Source: Heterodontus francisci
Taxonomy: Eukaryota
Assembly (NCBI RefSeq): GCF_036365525.1
Contig: NC_090374.1
Location: 173,910,924-173,974,923 of the forward strand
DNA: 64,000 nt
Direction of reading: 5' to 3'
Shown: piece by piece, positions 13,911-26,830 of the stretch
How positions within the stretch are numbered: the stretch's first letter is position 1
Layout: the number at the start of each line of letters is the position of its first letter
The notes under the pieces: generated by a model
Seen by the model: only the letters and a program-made list of their open reading frames with translations
What the model was told of the DNA's origin: nothing
Databases searched by the model: none
Translations under genes and position numbers: made by a program

Positions 13911-15136
13911 CCTCTGTAGATCATGTTATTGAAGAAGCCATTTCTGAAGATCAAACAGTCACTGAATGAATGGAATCTGTTATTACCAAATGGGTGGGCA
14001 TAAGTCTTACGGTTGACAATTTTGCTCTGTACTTTTCCTCCCACAGATCAGTTATCACTTTTCAAGCTGTGTATCGGCACAGACCATATAATTCATATAA
14101 CGTAGTGTGGATTTTACTCAGACTTTTAATCAAATCCTTTTACTTTATGGACCTATTGAAGTTATCATTGGGGATTACAAAGAACTCCAAAATATGAACT
14201 TTGATGAATGAGAAATCCTCTAACTACTTCTACAAAAAATTCAATAGGACACTGATGATGAGTACAAGCTGCAGAATTTAAATACACTCTCTCTTCTGAA
14301 CTGTATTCAGTATTACATTTCTCAACCTGCACAGAAATATGGAAAACGGCAACATTGAAATCCTAACAACACTGGCCATTACATTTTCAAAAAATTTATA
14401 GTCATGTTTTTAGATTGCCTTCTATATTATTGATGGAGTCATTGCCAATGAATTATTACAGTTAAACTCATTAGTTTGCAAGCCAAATATTGTAACCCTC
14501 TTCACCTTTAAATATAGAAGAATTCCTCCACCCTGATCTTGAAAGAATTGGTGGGGGTGCTTACAGGTTGACATTGATAGGAGCATGGGTAAAACCTGAT
14601 TGCTACTCTGAGATAGCATCACCAGCCTGTGGGTTAAGACAATGCAACGTAGGTTGTTTCCCCGCCGTATCATACACTTGTAAACACACTAACAAATGAA
14701 ATGCACACACAAGATCTTAAGAAGCTTTCCCCTTGCAGCCTGCCATAAGCCTACAACCTCAGGAAGATGCCACAGCGACACAACAAAGCATTACTGCAGC
14801 AGGATCCTCAATAAACTGATCGGCGAGATCAGCATCTTCACAATAAGATAAACCACCTCTTGGATGTTCCGGTCAATGCACAATTCATAAGAAGAAAATT
14901 ACTGGAGGAACATATACAACATCCAGGTCCAAACAAAAAACATCTGAATTGTGCATTATGCTATTTCTTTCAATGCGGTGTTATTCTAACATGGTTATTC
15001 TTTCTTACATTAAAGGTTTTTTTACATCTTCTCCACCCCCCCCACACACACACCTTTTTGCATCTGTCGCAAATCTGTCTGCAAATGAATTCTGCAAAAA
15101 AAAAGGGAATTGGAACAGAACCTTGCTTCCACATAC

Positions 15137-15340
15137 CTGTGATTCCTAAAGCCCCCCAAGATCTGAAGGCGATTGCATCGCGTGCACTTTGCACGGCTCC
15201 TTGCAATTGTTTAAAGCCCCCTTACTGCCTGCTGCTTCTCTCTCCGATGCTTGCAGACACACACACTGATTTGCAGAATGACTGAGCCCCTATCTCTCTC
15301 TCTCTCCAGCAGGAAGTGGTCCTGGTGCGCGCGGACGCTG
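15137..15340 (-). other. Probable non-coding first exon of a downstream minus-strand gene (APBA1 by synteny)
   Basis: CAG|GTATGT donor at 15137/15136 just downstream of a CpG island; no host coding exons recognised in 1-15000; the human order is APBA1-PTAR1-CFAP95; the 5' end is uncertain. Confidence 0.45.
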
Positions 15341-15525
15341 CAGGGTGAGGCGCGCCTGCGCCGGGCGGTCGGTGGCCGGCGGCGCACCCGGGGACCGCGC
15401 TCACCGCGCAGGTGCGGCGGCCGGGCCCGGGAGTCCGCGCTCACCCCGTTCACCGCGCAGGTGCTACGGCCGGGCCTGGAAAACCGTGCTCAAGGCGCAG
15501 ACGCGGAGCAGAGGCCGGAGTCAAC
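15310..15525. promoter_or_regulatory. CpG island / promoter
   Basis: Very GC- and CpG-dense ~200 bp in an otherwise CpG-poor background; NRF1-like GCGCCTGCGC and a duplicated CACCGCGCAGGTGC..CGGCCGGGCC. Confidence 0.75.
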
Positions 15526-15559
15526 CTAACAGAGGGACCTCAGTCTGGTTTCATTCCCC

Positions 15560-16700
15560 GATGGTAACTCTCACACCCATTGGTCACCCCATTCTCTATG
15601 GTCACTCTCACACCCATTGGTCACCCCATTCTCTATGGTCACTCTCACACCCATTGGTCACCCCATTACCCATGGTCACTCTCATACCCATTGGTCACCC
15701 CATTCTCTATGGTCACTCTCACACCCATTGGTCACCCCATTACCCATGGTCACTCTCATACCCATTGGTCACCCCATTCTCTATGGTCACTCTCACACCC
15801 ATTGGTCACCCCATTACCCATGGTCACTCTCATACCCATTCTCTATGGTCACTCTCATACCCATTGGTCACTCCCCATTCTCCATGGTCACTCTCATACC
15901 CATTGGTCACCCCATTACCCATGGTCACTCTCACACCCATTGGTCACCCCATTCTCTATGGTCACTCTCACACCCATTGGTCACCCCATTACCCATGGTC
16001 ACTCTCATACCCATTCTCTATGGTCACTCTCATACCCATTGGTCACTCCCCATTCTCCATGGTCACTCTCATACCCATTGGTCACCCCATTACCCATGGT
16101 CACTCTCACACCCATTGGTCACCCCATTCTCTATGGTCACTCTCACACCCATTGGTCACCCCATTACCCATGGTCACTCTCATACCCATTGGTCATTCCC
16201 CATGGTCACTCTCACGCCCATTGGTCACTCCCCATTCTCCATGGTCACTCTCACACCCATTGGTCACCCCATTCCCCATGGTCACTCTCATACCCATTGG
16301 TCATTCCCCTTTCTCCATGGTCACTCTCACACCCATTGGTCACTCCCCATTCTCCATGGTCACTCTCACACCCATTGGTCACCCCATTCCCCATAGTCAC
16401 TCTCATACCCATTGGTCATTCCCCTTTCCCCATGGTCACTCTCACACCCATTGGTCACTCTCATACCCATTGGTCATTCCCCTTTCCCCATGGTCACTCT
16501 CACACCCATTGGTCACTCCCCATTCCCCACGGTCACTCTCACACCCATTGGTCACTCCCATGCCCATTGGTCACCCTATTCCCCATGGTCACTCTCACAC
16601 CCATTGGTCACCCTCATACCCATTGGTCACTCCCCGTTCCCCATGGTCACTCTCACACCCATTGGTCACTCCCCATTCCCACTCTCACACTCAGGGGTCA
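15560..16700. repeat. 37-bp minisatellite (ATGGTCACTCTCACACCCATTGGTCACCCCATTCTCT), about 30 copies
   Basis: Direct tandem repeats; each unit has two TGGTCAC sub-repeats; 37/38-bp variants and half units occur. Confidence 0.97.
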
Positions 16701-18859
16701 CTCCCCATTCCCCAGGGGTCACTCCCACATCCAGGATCACTCCATCCCCCTGGGGTCACTTCCAGACCCAGGGATCAATCACCATCCCCAGAGGTCAATC
16801 CCACTGCACTCCATCCCCCAGCTGAGGAACACAGAGTCTCTATCCAACTGCAGGGACTCCCCCACCCCCCCACCTCCAAACCCCACAGCCCAGTCCAGCC
16901 CCACCTAGGATCAACGAGTGGAATCAAACCCCAGGGATCTTCCCAATCTCACCTGATCCCTCCCCAAGAGTCAGACAAGTCTCACTCCTAACCCAGGGAT
17001 AATCTAGGCTGAATATCTCCATTGATCTACTTGGGTTCCAATTCAGTCCCACCCAACAAGCGCCTGAGTACAATCCGATCCCATGGAATATACCAGATCC
17101 TACCTTATACCAGGAATCTCACCAGGTGAGATCAAGTCCAGCCCCAAGGATCACAACAGATTCTCCTGCACCCTAGAATCTCATTGGTTCTAGTCCAGCC
17201 GCATCCCAGGAAATACACTGGGCTCAATGCAATCCAACCCTGTGGAACTCCCCAATCCAAATCTACAGCAAGAATCTCACAAACACAATCCAACCATATA
17301 CCGGAGATCACACCGAGCTCAACCCAGGGGATCATACGAGGCCCAACTCCAGCCCAACAATCACACCATCCTGAGCTCTTCAACTTCAAAGATCAGACAG
17401 GGACCAAGTCGTCACTGGGGGTCAGAGTGCAGGCTGGCCCTACCCTCTGATTAAGTGAAAGGCATAGGGCTGCTCTAATTTTGTTAACGTGATTTTCTAT
17501 GGAAGGTGAATAGCACACAAGGGAAGCATTGAATGACAGATGTTGCATCAACACTCACCTGTGCGTGTGTCGTTGTCTGTGTATATGTATTAGCGTGCAT
17601 GGCCTGTATATGCGTCATTTTCAGTATGCACCTTCTATGATTCTAATTATACTGTATACAAGGAACTCAAAGCGTTTCGCTCACTATTTACAGGTAAGGC
17701 AAGCCAATTTTTACTGGCCCCTCAAGGTCGTATTCAGTCTGTGATGCTGAAGTCAGTTTTCAGCTCTTGCTTCTGATGTCAGGGGTTAACATCTCAGTGC
17801 TATGTGTTAAAGTGTCAGAAAGGGGCCCAAGACTGCATTTCATGTCGCACAAAGACATTTCTGCTTGTGTTGTGGTACCCCCTTGAGAGAGGTTTGCAGC
17901 TCTCTCTCTTCCTCCCTCCCTCCCATCTGCAGTCCCTCGCTTCTCAGGGGAGTTTTCTGATCTCTGAAACATTTCCTGTGGGATAAACCGAGATATCTAT
18001 AGATCATAGAGATCCTGCGGGAGACAGAGGACGTGGAGACGAGATAGAAAAAGACCATGGAGATTTTGTTTGAATTGAACAATAAATCCACTTTCTATAG
18101 CGCCTGTCAAAACCTCAGGATGTTGCAAAGTGCTTTACAGTCAATGAATTAGTTTCATAAGTAGAGCAGGAGACAGACTATAAAGATCTTAAAAGACAGA
18201 GAATATTTATCAGCTGGACAAAGGGTATTAACCTGGGTGGCAGGATTCACTAAAGAGTATCCTCAGGTCTGTGCTGAGTGGGGAATGTTGTCTATCTTTA
18301 GAAATCATTTAGTTTACAATGTTGGTGCAATAAGAAGTGTAATACTTTGGCCCTTTCATACTAAATAGAATTTTACAGCAAAGAAACATTCAACCGAACT
18401 GATCCATGCAGGTGCTTATTCTCCAATATGACCTTCCTCTCACCCCACTCCACTCCATCTCACCCTATCAACATATCCACCTATTCCTTTCCCCCTCATG
18501 TGTTTTTCTAGCTTCCCCTTAAATAGTATGTGCTATTCACCTCAACCACTTCACGTGGTAACTAGTTACTCCACATTCTGGAAAATTCCACAAAATGCAA
18601 ACGTATATAACTTTTGACAAAAAAAAGGTAGGAAAATAACCAGGGTGAATTTGTCTCACAGCAGGCAGGCTCTCAGTTATAATGTGCAAGTTTCAAGGGT
18701 ACAAAATGTAAGGAATCTTGCTCCTTTGCACCGTCCTGATAAATCAAAGTAAATGTTTGATTGCAGCCGCTTAACTGTTCTCCATCTCCCCGAGTTAATG
18801 TCTGTTTACAGTGAGTGATGTCTCGCAGGTCTGCAGCAGCAGCTGCAGTTTCACCATCC

Positions 18860-18890
18860 TTCAGCACCACAACACACCCTGACGTCAGGG
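18860..18890. promoter_or_regulatory. Full CRE (TGACGTCA) within the 14-bp palindrome CCCTGACGTCAGGG, next to an RE1 left half-site TTCAGCACC
   Basis: Motifs read directly, in non-repetitive DNA ~3.4 kb upstream of the CpG island. Confidence 0.4.
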
Positions 18891-21239
18891 ATACTGAGAA
18901 GAAACTACTTCTTGTGTCCACAGGGAAATATTGCTGCAGAACCGCCATCAAAGTAATGTCATTTAGTTAGGTTACTGCATTATGTTAATTTTAACCTTTT
19001 GATGAATGGAATTGCTTTGCAATCTGTGACACATGTGCACATCTCTCTCTTACTTAAATGTCCAAAAATCATTTGCTTCTGATACTGAACATCCTAGATT
19101 GTGCCCAGAGCAGAGAACAAGTACATTTGTTTAATGCACAGTAGTTCGTGACGAAAGTAAAAATGCATAGTTTTGAGATCTCTCGCTCTTTGTGTCAATC
19201 TCTGTCTCTCTCTTCAAATGGTTTTGATTTTAAAATTCTATTATGATCTTGAAAGTGTTAACTAACACGAGTGGAAACTATAAGTGATGATTAAATGGAA
19301 AAATAGCAGTGGAGGGAAGCTGTTAAGGCAACTTTTTAATTTACATTACAGTAACAATATATGCTTTATATTTATCTTTGGTGGCTGCACTTTCAGTTGC
19401 CTAGGACCTAAACTCCAGAATTCCCTCCCCAAACTTCTCCACCTCTCTTTCCTCCTTTAAAACCTAACTCTTGGACCAAGCTTTCGATCACCTGTCCTAA
19501 TAACTCCTTATGTGGCTCAATATCAAATTTTGGCCAGTAACACTCCTGTGAAGTGCCTCAGGACATTTTACTATGTTAAAGACACCATATAAATTATTAT
19601 AATACATAAACAAACTCTTGTCAATTCAATCTGTAGTCCATATAAGTAACACCAACTTCTATCAATTTTCTTTTGTGCATGACGCCTAGCTTTAGTTAAT
19701 ACAGCACCTGTTAAATGATAGATACATACTGGGGTTGAGATATAGTGCAATGAAACAGTGGCAGTTTGCCACAGCATTAATTGGGATTGACATGGTTAAG
19801 CAGCCTACTTCATGGCAAAATCCTACAACCAGATTGAGCTAGAGAATTTGCACATATAATCTGTAATTCCAAACACATCTGGCTTTTCAGCTACTGTGCA
19901 TTCAGCAGATCCCGAACATAGAAAAAAAAAGTATTTCAATATCTCAAATATTTCCTTCAACACTACAAACTCACTCCCCAATTTAAAAACTATATAAGAT
20001 AGAGGTTCCTCTGAAATGTTTCAGCCTGTGCAGGAGTCCAATTCATAAATATAAGATATTCACTGATAAATCCAATAGGGAATTCAGGAGAAACAACTTT
20101 ACTGAAAGTGGTGAGAATGTGGAACTTGCTACCACATAAGAACATAAAAAATAGGAGCAGGAGTTGGCCATATGGCCCCTCGACTCTCCTCTGCCATTCA
20201 ATAAGATCACGGATGATCTTGGACCTCAACTCCATTTACCCACCTGCTCCCCATATCCCGTGACACCCCGAGAGTCCAAAAATCTATCGATCTCAGCCTT
20301 GAACCACATGGAATAGATGAGGCAAATATCATAGCACAGATGCATTTCAAGAGAAGCTAGATATGTAAATGAGGAAGAAAGGAATAGAAGGATATGCTGA
20401 TAGGCTGAGATAAAGTAGGGTGGGAGGAGGCTCGAGTGGAGTATAAACACTGGCATAGACCAATCACACCGAATGACTTGTTTCTATGCAGTACATACAG
20501 CATAAAAAGCTCAGAACACTGATTTGTCACAAAACCTATTTGTTTTATAACATGGGACTCCTCTTACACAGTTCAGAAATCCCAACAATAGTTTATATTG
20601 TATTGCCCTCCTCACTCTCTTTGGAACAGTTAAAATAAAGAGTAAGTATCCCCCTGAAGGCCATTGGAACACCTCCTGACCCAATCAAGTATTTTTCAAC
20701 AAGTCCACCTGTGTACTCCTAGCCCCTCCCCCTTCCCTGCACAGGTACAGTCCTTGTCTATGTTCTTCCTCTGGGACTGCATGGACTAATGCATGATGGG
20801 AACAAGAGTTCTTCTCTGCAATACATTTTACTCATGCTCAACTATAAATCTCCATCCAATGGCAAGCACGTGCTGTCTCTGAACTGAAATTGTATAAAAT
20901 TTATAGCACAGAAACAGGCCATTTGGCCCAACTAGTCTGTGCCAATGTTTATGCTTCACATGAAACTCCTCCCACCCCTCTTCATCTCACTCTATCAACA
21001 TATACTTCTATTCCTTTCTCCCTCGTGTACTTATCTTGCTTCCACTTAAATGCATCGACACTGCTCAACGCAACCACTCCCTGTGGTAGTGAGTTCCACA
21101 TTCTCATCACTCTCTGGGTAAAGAAGTTTCTCCTGACTTCCTTATTGGAGTTATTAGTGGCTATCCTATATTTATGGCCACTAGTTTTGGTCTCCCCAAC
21201 AAGTGGAAACATCTTCCCCACATCTACCCCATGAAACCC

Positions 21240-21800
21240 CTTGATAATTTTAATGACCTCTACATGGAGGCCTGCTGCAGTGTTCCAGTGGACATCAACA
21301 CAAGCTCGAGGAATAGCACCTCATTTTCTGATTAGGCACTCTACAGCCTTCTGGACTCAATATTGAGTTCAATTATTTCAGACCATGAGCCCCATTAGTT
21401 TTTGTCTATTTATTATTTTTATTTTATTTATTTATATTCTTTTGAAATTTATTTATTTTTTAACCATGTGCTAGTCTCCTAATTATTTTTCATGTTTTTG
21501 CTTTCGTACAGACCTGTTAATTATTCTGCCATCAGCACTCTCTTTGGACCCGTGCTTAGTCTTTCACTACAACTATTTAGCACTCCATTTGCATTCTGCC
21601 CAATGACATCTGCTATTTAACCTCTCCCCGCTCCATCCTATCACAGTCCTTCCTTCTTGTTCTTCTTCTCCCCTCCCCCCCTCACTTGCTCAAAGACTGT
21701 TACATTTCTGACTTTTGCCAGTTCTGATGGTCGCAGATCTGAAACGTTAACTCTGTTTCTCTCTCCACAGATGCTGGCGAGTAACACTTTCTGTTCTCAT
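21240..21800 (+). mobile_element. Penelope-like 3' fragment/pLTR
   Basis: Similar to 8300-8760, including gaaacgttaactctgtttctctctccacagatgctg. Confidence 0.75.
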
Positions 21801-22044
21801 TACATGGAGTCTGGACCAGCTACAGAAAGTGATCCCATAATTGGGAGACATAGTAAGTTGCATATTTATTGTGTTTCATAAAGTTTTGTATAGGCACATA
21901 TATTCTCACTGTGAAAACTGTATGTTTCCATTCATGTATTTTATATAAATAATCAGCTATTGATCTAAAGTTTTTGCCTTTCCTCAGTAATTCTGTCTAG
22001 TAATGCTGATTCTATCTGCTGGCACTAAGAATAAGAGAATTCAA

Positions 22045-23645
22045 GCACGACACGAACTACTTTGCCTGTGCTGGGACGAGGGGGCAGTAGCTCAGGACAT
22101 GCGCGATGCCAATATCATCACCCTCTATAAAAACAAAGGTGACCGCAGTGACTGCAACAACTACCATGGAATCTCCCTGCTCAGCATAGTGGGGAAAGTC
22201 TTTGCTCGAGTCGCTTTAAACAGGCTCCAGAAGCTGGCCGAGCGCGTCTACCCTGAGGCACAGTGTGGCTTTCGTGCAGAGAGATTGACCATTGACATGC
22301 TGTTCTCCCTTCGTCAGATACAGGAGAAATGCCGCGAACAACAGATGCCCCTCTACATTGCTTTCATTGATCTCACCAAAGCCTTTGACCTCGTCAGCAG
22401 ACGTGGTCTCTTCAAACTACTAGAAAAGATTGGATGTCCACCAAAGCTACTAAGTATCATCACCTCATTCCATGACAATATGAAAGGCACAATTCAACAT
22501 AGCGGCACCTCATCAGACCCCTTTCCTATCCTGAGTGGCGTGAAACAGGGCTGTGTTTTCGCACCCACACTGTTTGGGATTTTCTTCTCCCTGCTGCTCT
22601 CACATGCGTTCAAGTCTTCAGAAGAAGGAATTTTCCTCCACACAAGATCAGGGGGCAGGTTGTTCAACCTTGCCCGTCTAAGAGTGAAGACCAAAGTACG
22701 GAAAGTCCTCATCAGGGAACTCCTCTTTGCTGACGATGCTGCTTTAAGATCTCACACTGAAGAGTGTCTGCAGAGTCTCATCGACAGGTTTGCGGCTGCC
22801 TGCAATGAATTTGGCCTAACCATCAGCCTCAAGAAAACGAACATCATGGGGCAGGACGTCAGAAATACTCCATCCATCAATATCGGCGACCACGCTCTGG
22901 AAGTGGTTCAAGAGTTCACCTACCTAGGCTCAACTATCACCAGTAACCTGTCTCTAGATGCAGAAATCAACAAGCGCATGGGAAAGGCTTCCACTGCTAT
23001 GTTCAGACTGGCCAAGAGAGTGTGGGAAAATGGCACACTGACACGGAACACAAAAGTCCGAGTGTATCAAGCCTGTGTCCTCAGTACCTTGCTCTATGGC
23101 AGCGAGGCCTGTACAACGTATGTCAGCCAAGAGCAACGTCTCAATTCATTCCATCATCGCTGCCTCTGGAGAATACTTGGCATCAGGTGGCAGGACCATA
23201 TCTCCAACACACAAGCCCTCGAGGCGGCCAACATCCCCAGCTTATACACACTACTGAGTCAGCGGCGCTTGAGATGGCTTGGCCATGTGAGCCGCATGGA
23301 AGATGGCAGGATCCCCAAAGACACATTGTACAGCGAGCTCGCCACTGCTATCAGACCCACCTGCCATCCATGTCTCCGCTTTAAAGACGTCTGCAAACAC
23401 GACATGAAGTCCTGTGACATTGATCACAAGTCGTGGGAGTCAGTTGCCAGCGATCGCCAGAGCTGGCGGCCAGCCATAAAGGCGGGGCTAAAGTGTGGCG
23501 AGTCGAAGAGACTTAGCAGTTGGCAGGAAAAAAGACAGAAGTGCAAGGGGAGAGCCAACTGTGTAACAGCCCCGACAAACAAATTTTTCTGCAGTACCTG
23601 TGGAAGAGCCTTTCACTCTAGAATTGGCCTTTATAGCCACTCCAC
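22045..23645 (+). mobile_element. RTE-clade (BovB-like) LINE, 5'-truncated, with uninterrupted RT plus C-terminal C2H2-like finger
   Basis: ORF 22003..23676: NYHGISLLS, QCGFR, FIDLTKAFD, GVKQG, LLFADD, RLRWLGHV, CSTCGRAFHSRIGLYSH. Confidence 0.93.
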
Positions 23646-26439
23646 TGTTTCCTCACTGGCTCCTAGTATAGTTTAACTAGATGCAGCGCAGAAAAGGGTT
23701 CAGATCATATGGCATGCAAGGTCTACTTATGGGAGTGATCAGCGTGCAGAATCCAAGAGAATGTCCTGCACAAAAATTGTGACAGCCCAGTAGCCTTTGA
23801 TGCCAATCAAATGATAGTTTCTTTGAAAGACAGAAGATATTCAGATAGACTGATCCTATTTCAACCACAGAGCCTGGGTTGTGTTTTCCAACTGATGCCA
23901 GGTATCAAACAAAAACAAAAACTACCAATAATCCTCAATTGACACCTTTTGTGTCTAATTGTTAAAAATGGCTAATATTTGGAGACTTTTCGTCAGAACA
24001 CAAGACTGATAAGTTGAGCTGTTGATCTATTCTTCCTCTTTCCAGAGCTGATGAACCCCATTGTGCTGTCAGAATCTTCTGTAACAGTTTGAAAACTGGA
24101 CCTCACATTTTCTGTATTTTCCATCTTTCCCTCTTTTCCTTTGGCCCCCTACTGTATCAACTGATCATGTATCCTTTGGCTTTTGAAATGTTTCTTTCCA
24201 TTTATTTGACCAAGATGATCTGTTGCATCATCCAATGATCACTCAACTAACAATTCCTCACGTGTGATCCTGTGAATCCACTTGTTCGTCTCCTAGTTTT
24301 CACTTCAGAAGAAGGGCATGTGCTATCTGCCCTAACCAGAGGTACTGACTGATGTGTATTTCCAGCACTTTCTGTATTAGTTTAGCATTATGATTCCAAC
24401 TATGAGAAGAAAAGGTATTGTAGCATGCTGAGTTTTATCAATACAGAATAGAAAATCTTTTGTATTTATAATTCTAACATATTAAATGCAGAATTTTTTA
24501 CTTTGATAGAATGGGTTTCATTCAATGTACCAGGCAGGAGTTTTAGCTAAATGGAAGCTCAGATGCTGCTGGCTACTATTTCTGGGAGAGGCATTTTGAT
24601 TATAAGATTCTGATTCGCACCTTTAAAGAGTGTTATTTGGGCTTGGGTACATTGGATATCCTTGAAACAACTCCCCACATGAAGTAATTGAGGCAAATAG
24701 CATAGATGCACTTTAGAGGAAGCTAGATGAGCATATCAAGAGAAAGGAATGATAGTGAAATGGAGGGGTGGGAGGAGGCTCATGTGGAGCATAAACACCA
24801 GCACAGACCAGTTGCGCTGAATGGCCTATGTCTGTACTGCACATTCTGTGTTATGGCCTGGTTAGGAACATTAGACTGGGATACTAATCAGGCATGCATG
24901 TTTATGTATTATTTGTCCAGACCTAAAAACTGATATGGAAATGGAGTTTTGTAGCAACATCTAACACATTTTGTCTCACATTAGCATTTAGTCTTGCACA
25001 CAAGGGCAACAAGACAAATGATCGCATCAGTCCTGATCAATGATTTATGAAGAGCAAGGTATTTATGAAGAGCAAGGTATTTAATCCCCTACGGATCTTC
25101 CTTCTCTTACTACAGTATTTATTTTAATTAGAAAAGCAGACATTTATAATAGTTCTATAGTGGATTCTGTCATTGCAGTGGATGGAGATCCTAACATTTT
25201 CACAAACAAAAGAATGCATTTCTGCCTGTGTTGTGTTGAGATTTGACTTGTGATGTTGCTTGTAACTCAAGCAGTTGTTAATTGTTGCATGCTGAGGCAG
25301 CAAAAGGATTTCTAAGTTTCAGTCTTTTCAGAAATGTTTGTGAAACTTGGGAGCTTTAGAGCAACACCTCCATGGTTTGGTTTGGCAGCAGTAAAATTCT
25401 TCAGTAAGTGGTACTAGAATTAAAGAATAAGGTTTACAGAAAGGGCTTTAAAATACTTTGGCAGGGTCTAGCCAAAGTTGAAGAAAAAGAAACATACAGG
25501 CAAAGTTTTCAATGAGAGATCGCTGACCCCCGCAAGCAGGTTTATGGCTTCAGCCTGACCAGCAAAATATTACAACAGACATTGCAGAATCAATAAAGTA
25601 GCAATGCGCAAGGGTACAGTTCTGTAATAGTCAAATACAATTAGGTATGAGGAAACCAATGCAAAAAGCTTTTAACAGATTACATATTAAAGCACTTACA
25701 TAATTACAACAAAGCCATTATTTACAAGTACGTAAATTGTACAGAGAACATTTTTATTAAAAGCATCTCCACTACAGAATAAATAGAAAGTTAATTTACA
25801 ATCCAGCATAATAACTACATCACTTACTAAATATGGATTTTAAATCTGTGTACAGGTATAAAACACACCTAACAATAAATAATAAATGCCACTACCATAT
25901 AATACTAATTTTGATGGAGCATCACGAGAGCATTCTGTGCCATTCAATGGCACAAACACAGAGATAGCTACAAGGAAACCTCTTGCATAGGACTATTGTA
26001 TTTTGAGGCTCTTTCTACAGAACTTCCTGTCTTCCCAGTACTGGACCAAGGCTAGCATGCAGAATTATTAAAACATTGAAAAGAGGTTACTAGGACCCTC
26101 ATAAAGGCAGTTGGTAAAACTAAGCAGATCTGACTGGAAGCCTTTGCTCCAACGGATAATTTATTGGATTAAATATCCCATTTACTCATCTACAGACTGA
26201 AAACTGCCAAAATAAGTTCTAAAACTGTCTTTCAACTCTCCTAAAGACTTTTCACATGAATCTTTTTTCTACAAACTTATTTATCATGTTGTTAAGAACC
26301 AACAGAATCTGGAGGTGGTTTCAGTGAAAGTTACATTTTGGTACCCTTCTAGCTTAGGAAATCCTTTTTTGTTTGGTCCCCCACCTTTCAAATTGGCACT
26401 TAGCCTTCTGATTCAACATCAAGTTCAATTTCAAATCAT

Positions 26440-26830
26440 AATCACTGCTGAGACAGCAGTTCCTGTAAACCCATCTTTTGGTTCTTTACTTGTCACATTA
26501 CCAGCCCCTTTTACCGGGCACCAACAACCCTTTTGTCATTTAATTTCTCCTGCCTTCCACTTTAACAGACCTTGACAAATACAACCCAAAAATCAAGAAT
26601 GCAAAACCTTTTGTTCTTTCCTCCCCTTCACTCCCACCAACACCCCACCCCATCCCACTCCCCCCCCCCTCCACCCGCCCCAACACAAACTTACCCAGCC
26701 TCTGAACTTGCTTAAAACCTGTTACATCCAACCTCTTTCAGTTCTTACGGAAGATCATCGACTTGAAATGTTAACTCTGTTTCTCCACAGATGGTGCCAG
26801 ACCTGCTGAGTGTTTCCAGCATTTCCTCTT
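26440..26830 (+). mobile_element. Penelope-like pLTR fragment
   Basis: Same pLTR tail sequence. Confidence 0.7.

Noticed and set aside
15560-16700. CRISPR-like array
   Set aside because: No unique spacers, no cas genes, vertebrate context
15345-16991. Long ORFs (548, 442 and 259 aa) rich in His/Pro
   Set aside because: They come from a nearly stop-free 37-bp tandem repeat read in all three frames; the same peptides cycle between frames
22003-22044. N-terminus of the 557-aa ORF as a real gene start (domesticated RT)
   Set aside because: The ATG lies in flanking AT-rich DNA fused by chance to a 5'-truncated LINE; no promoter or splice support
24040-24345. CTGATGA and CAGAAGAAGGGCA...TGCCC motifs as a snoRNA or hammerhead
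   Set aside because: No complete box pair or GAAA core; too degenerate to support
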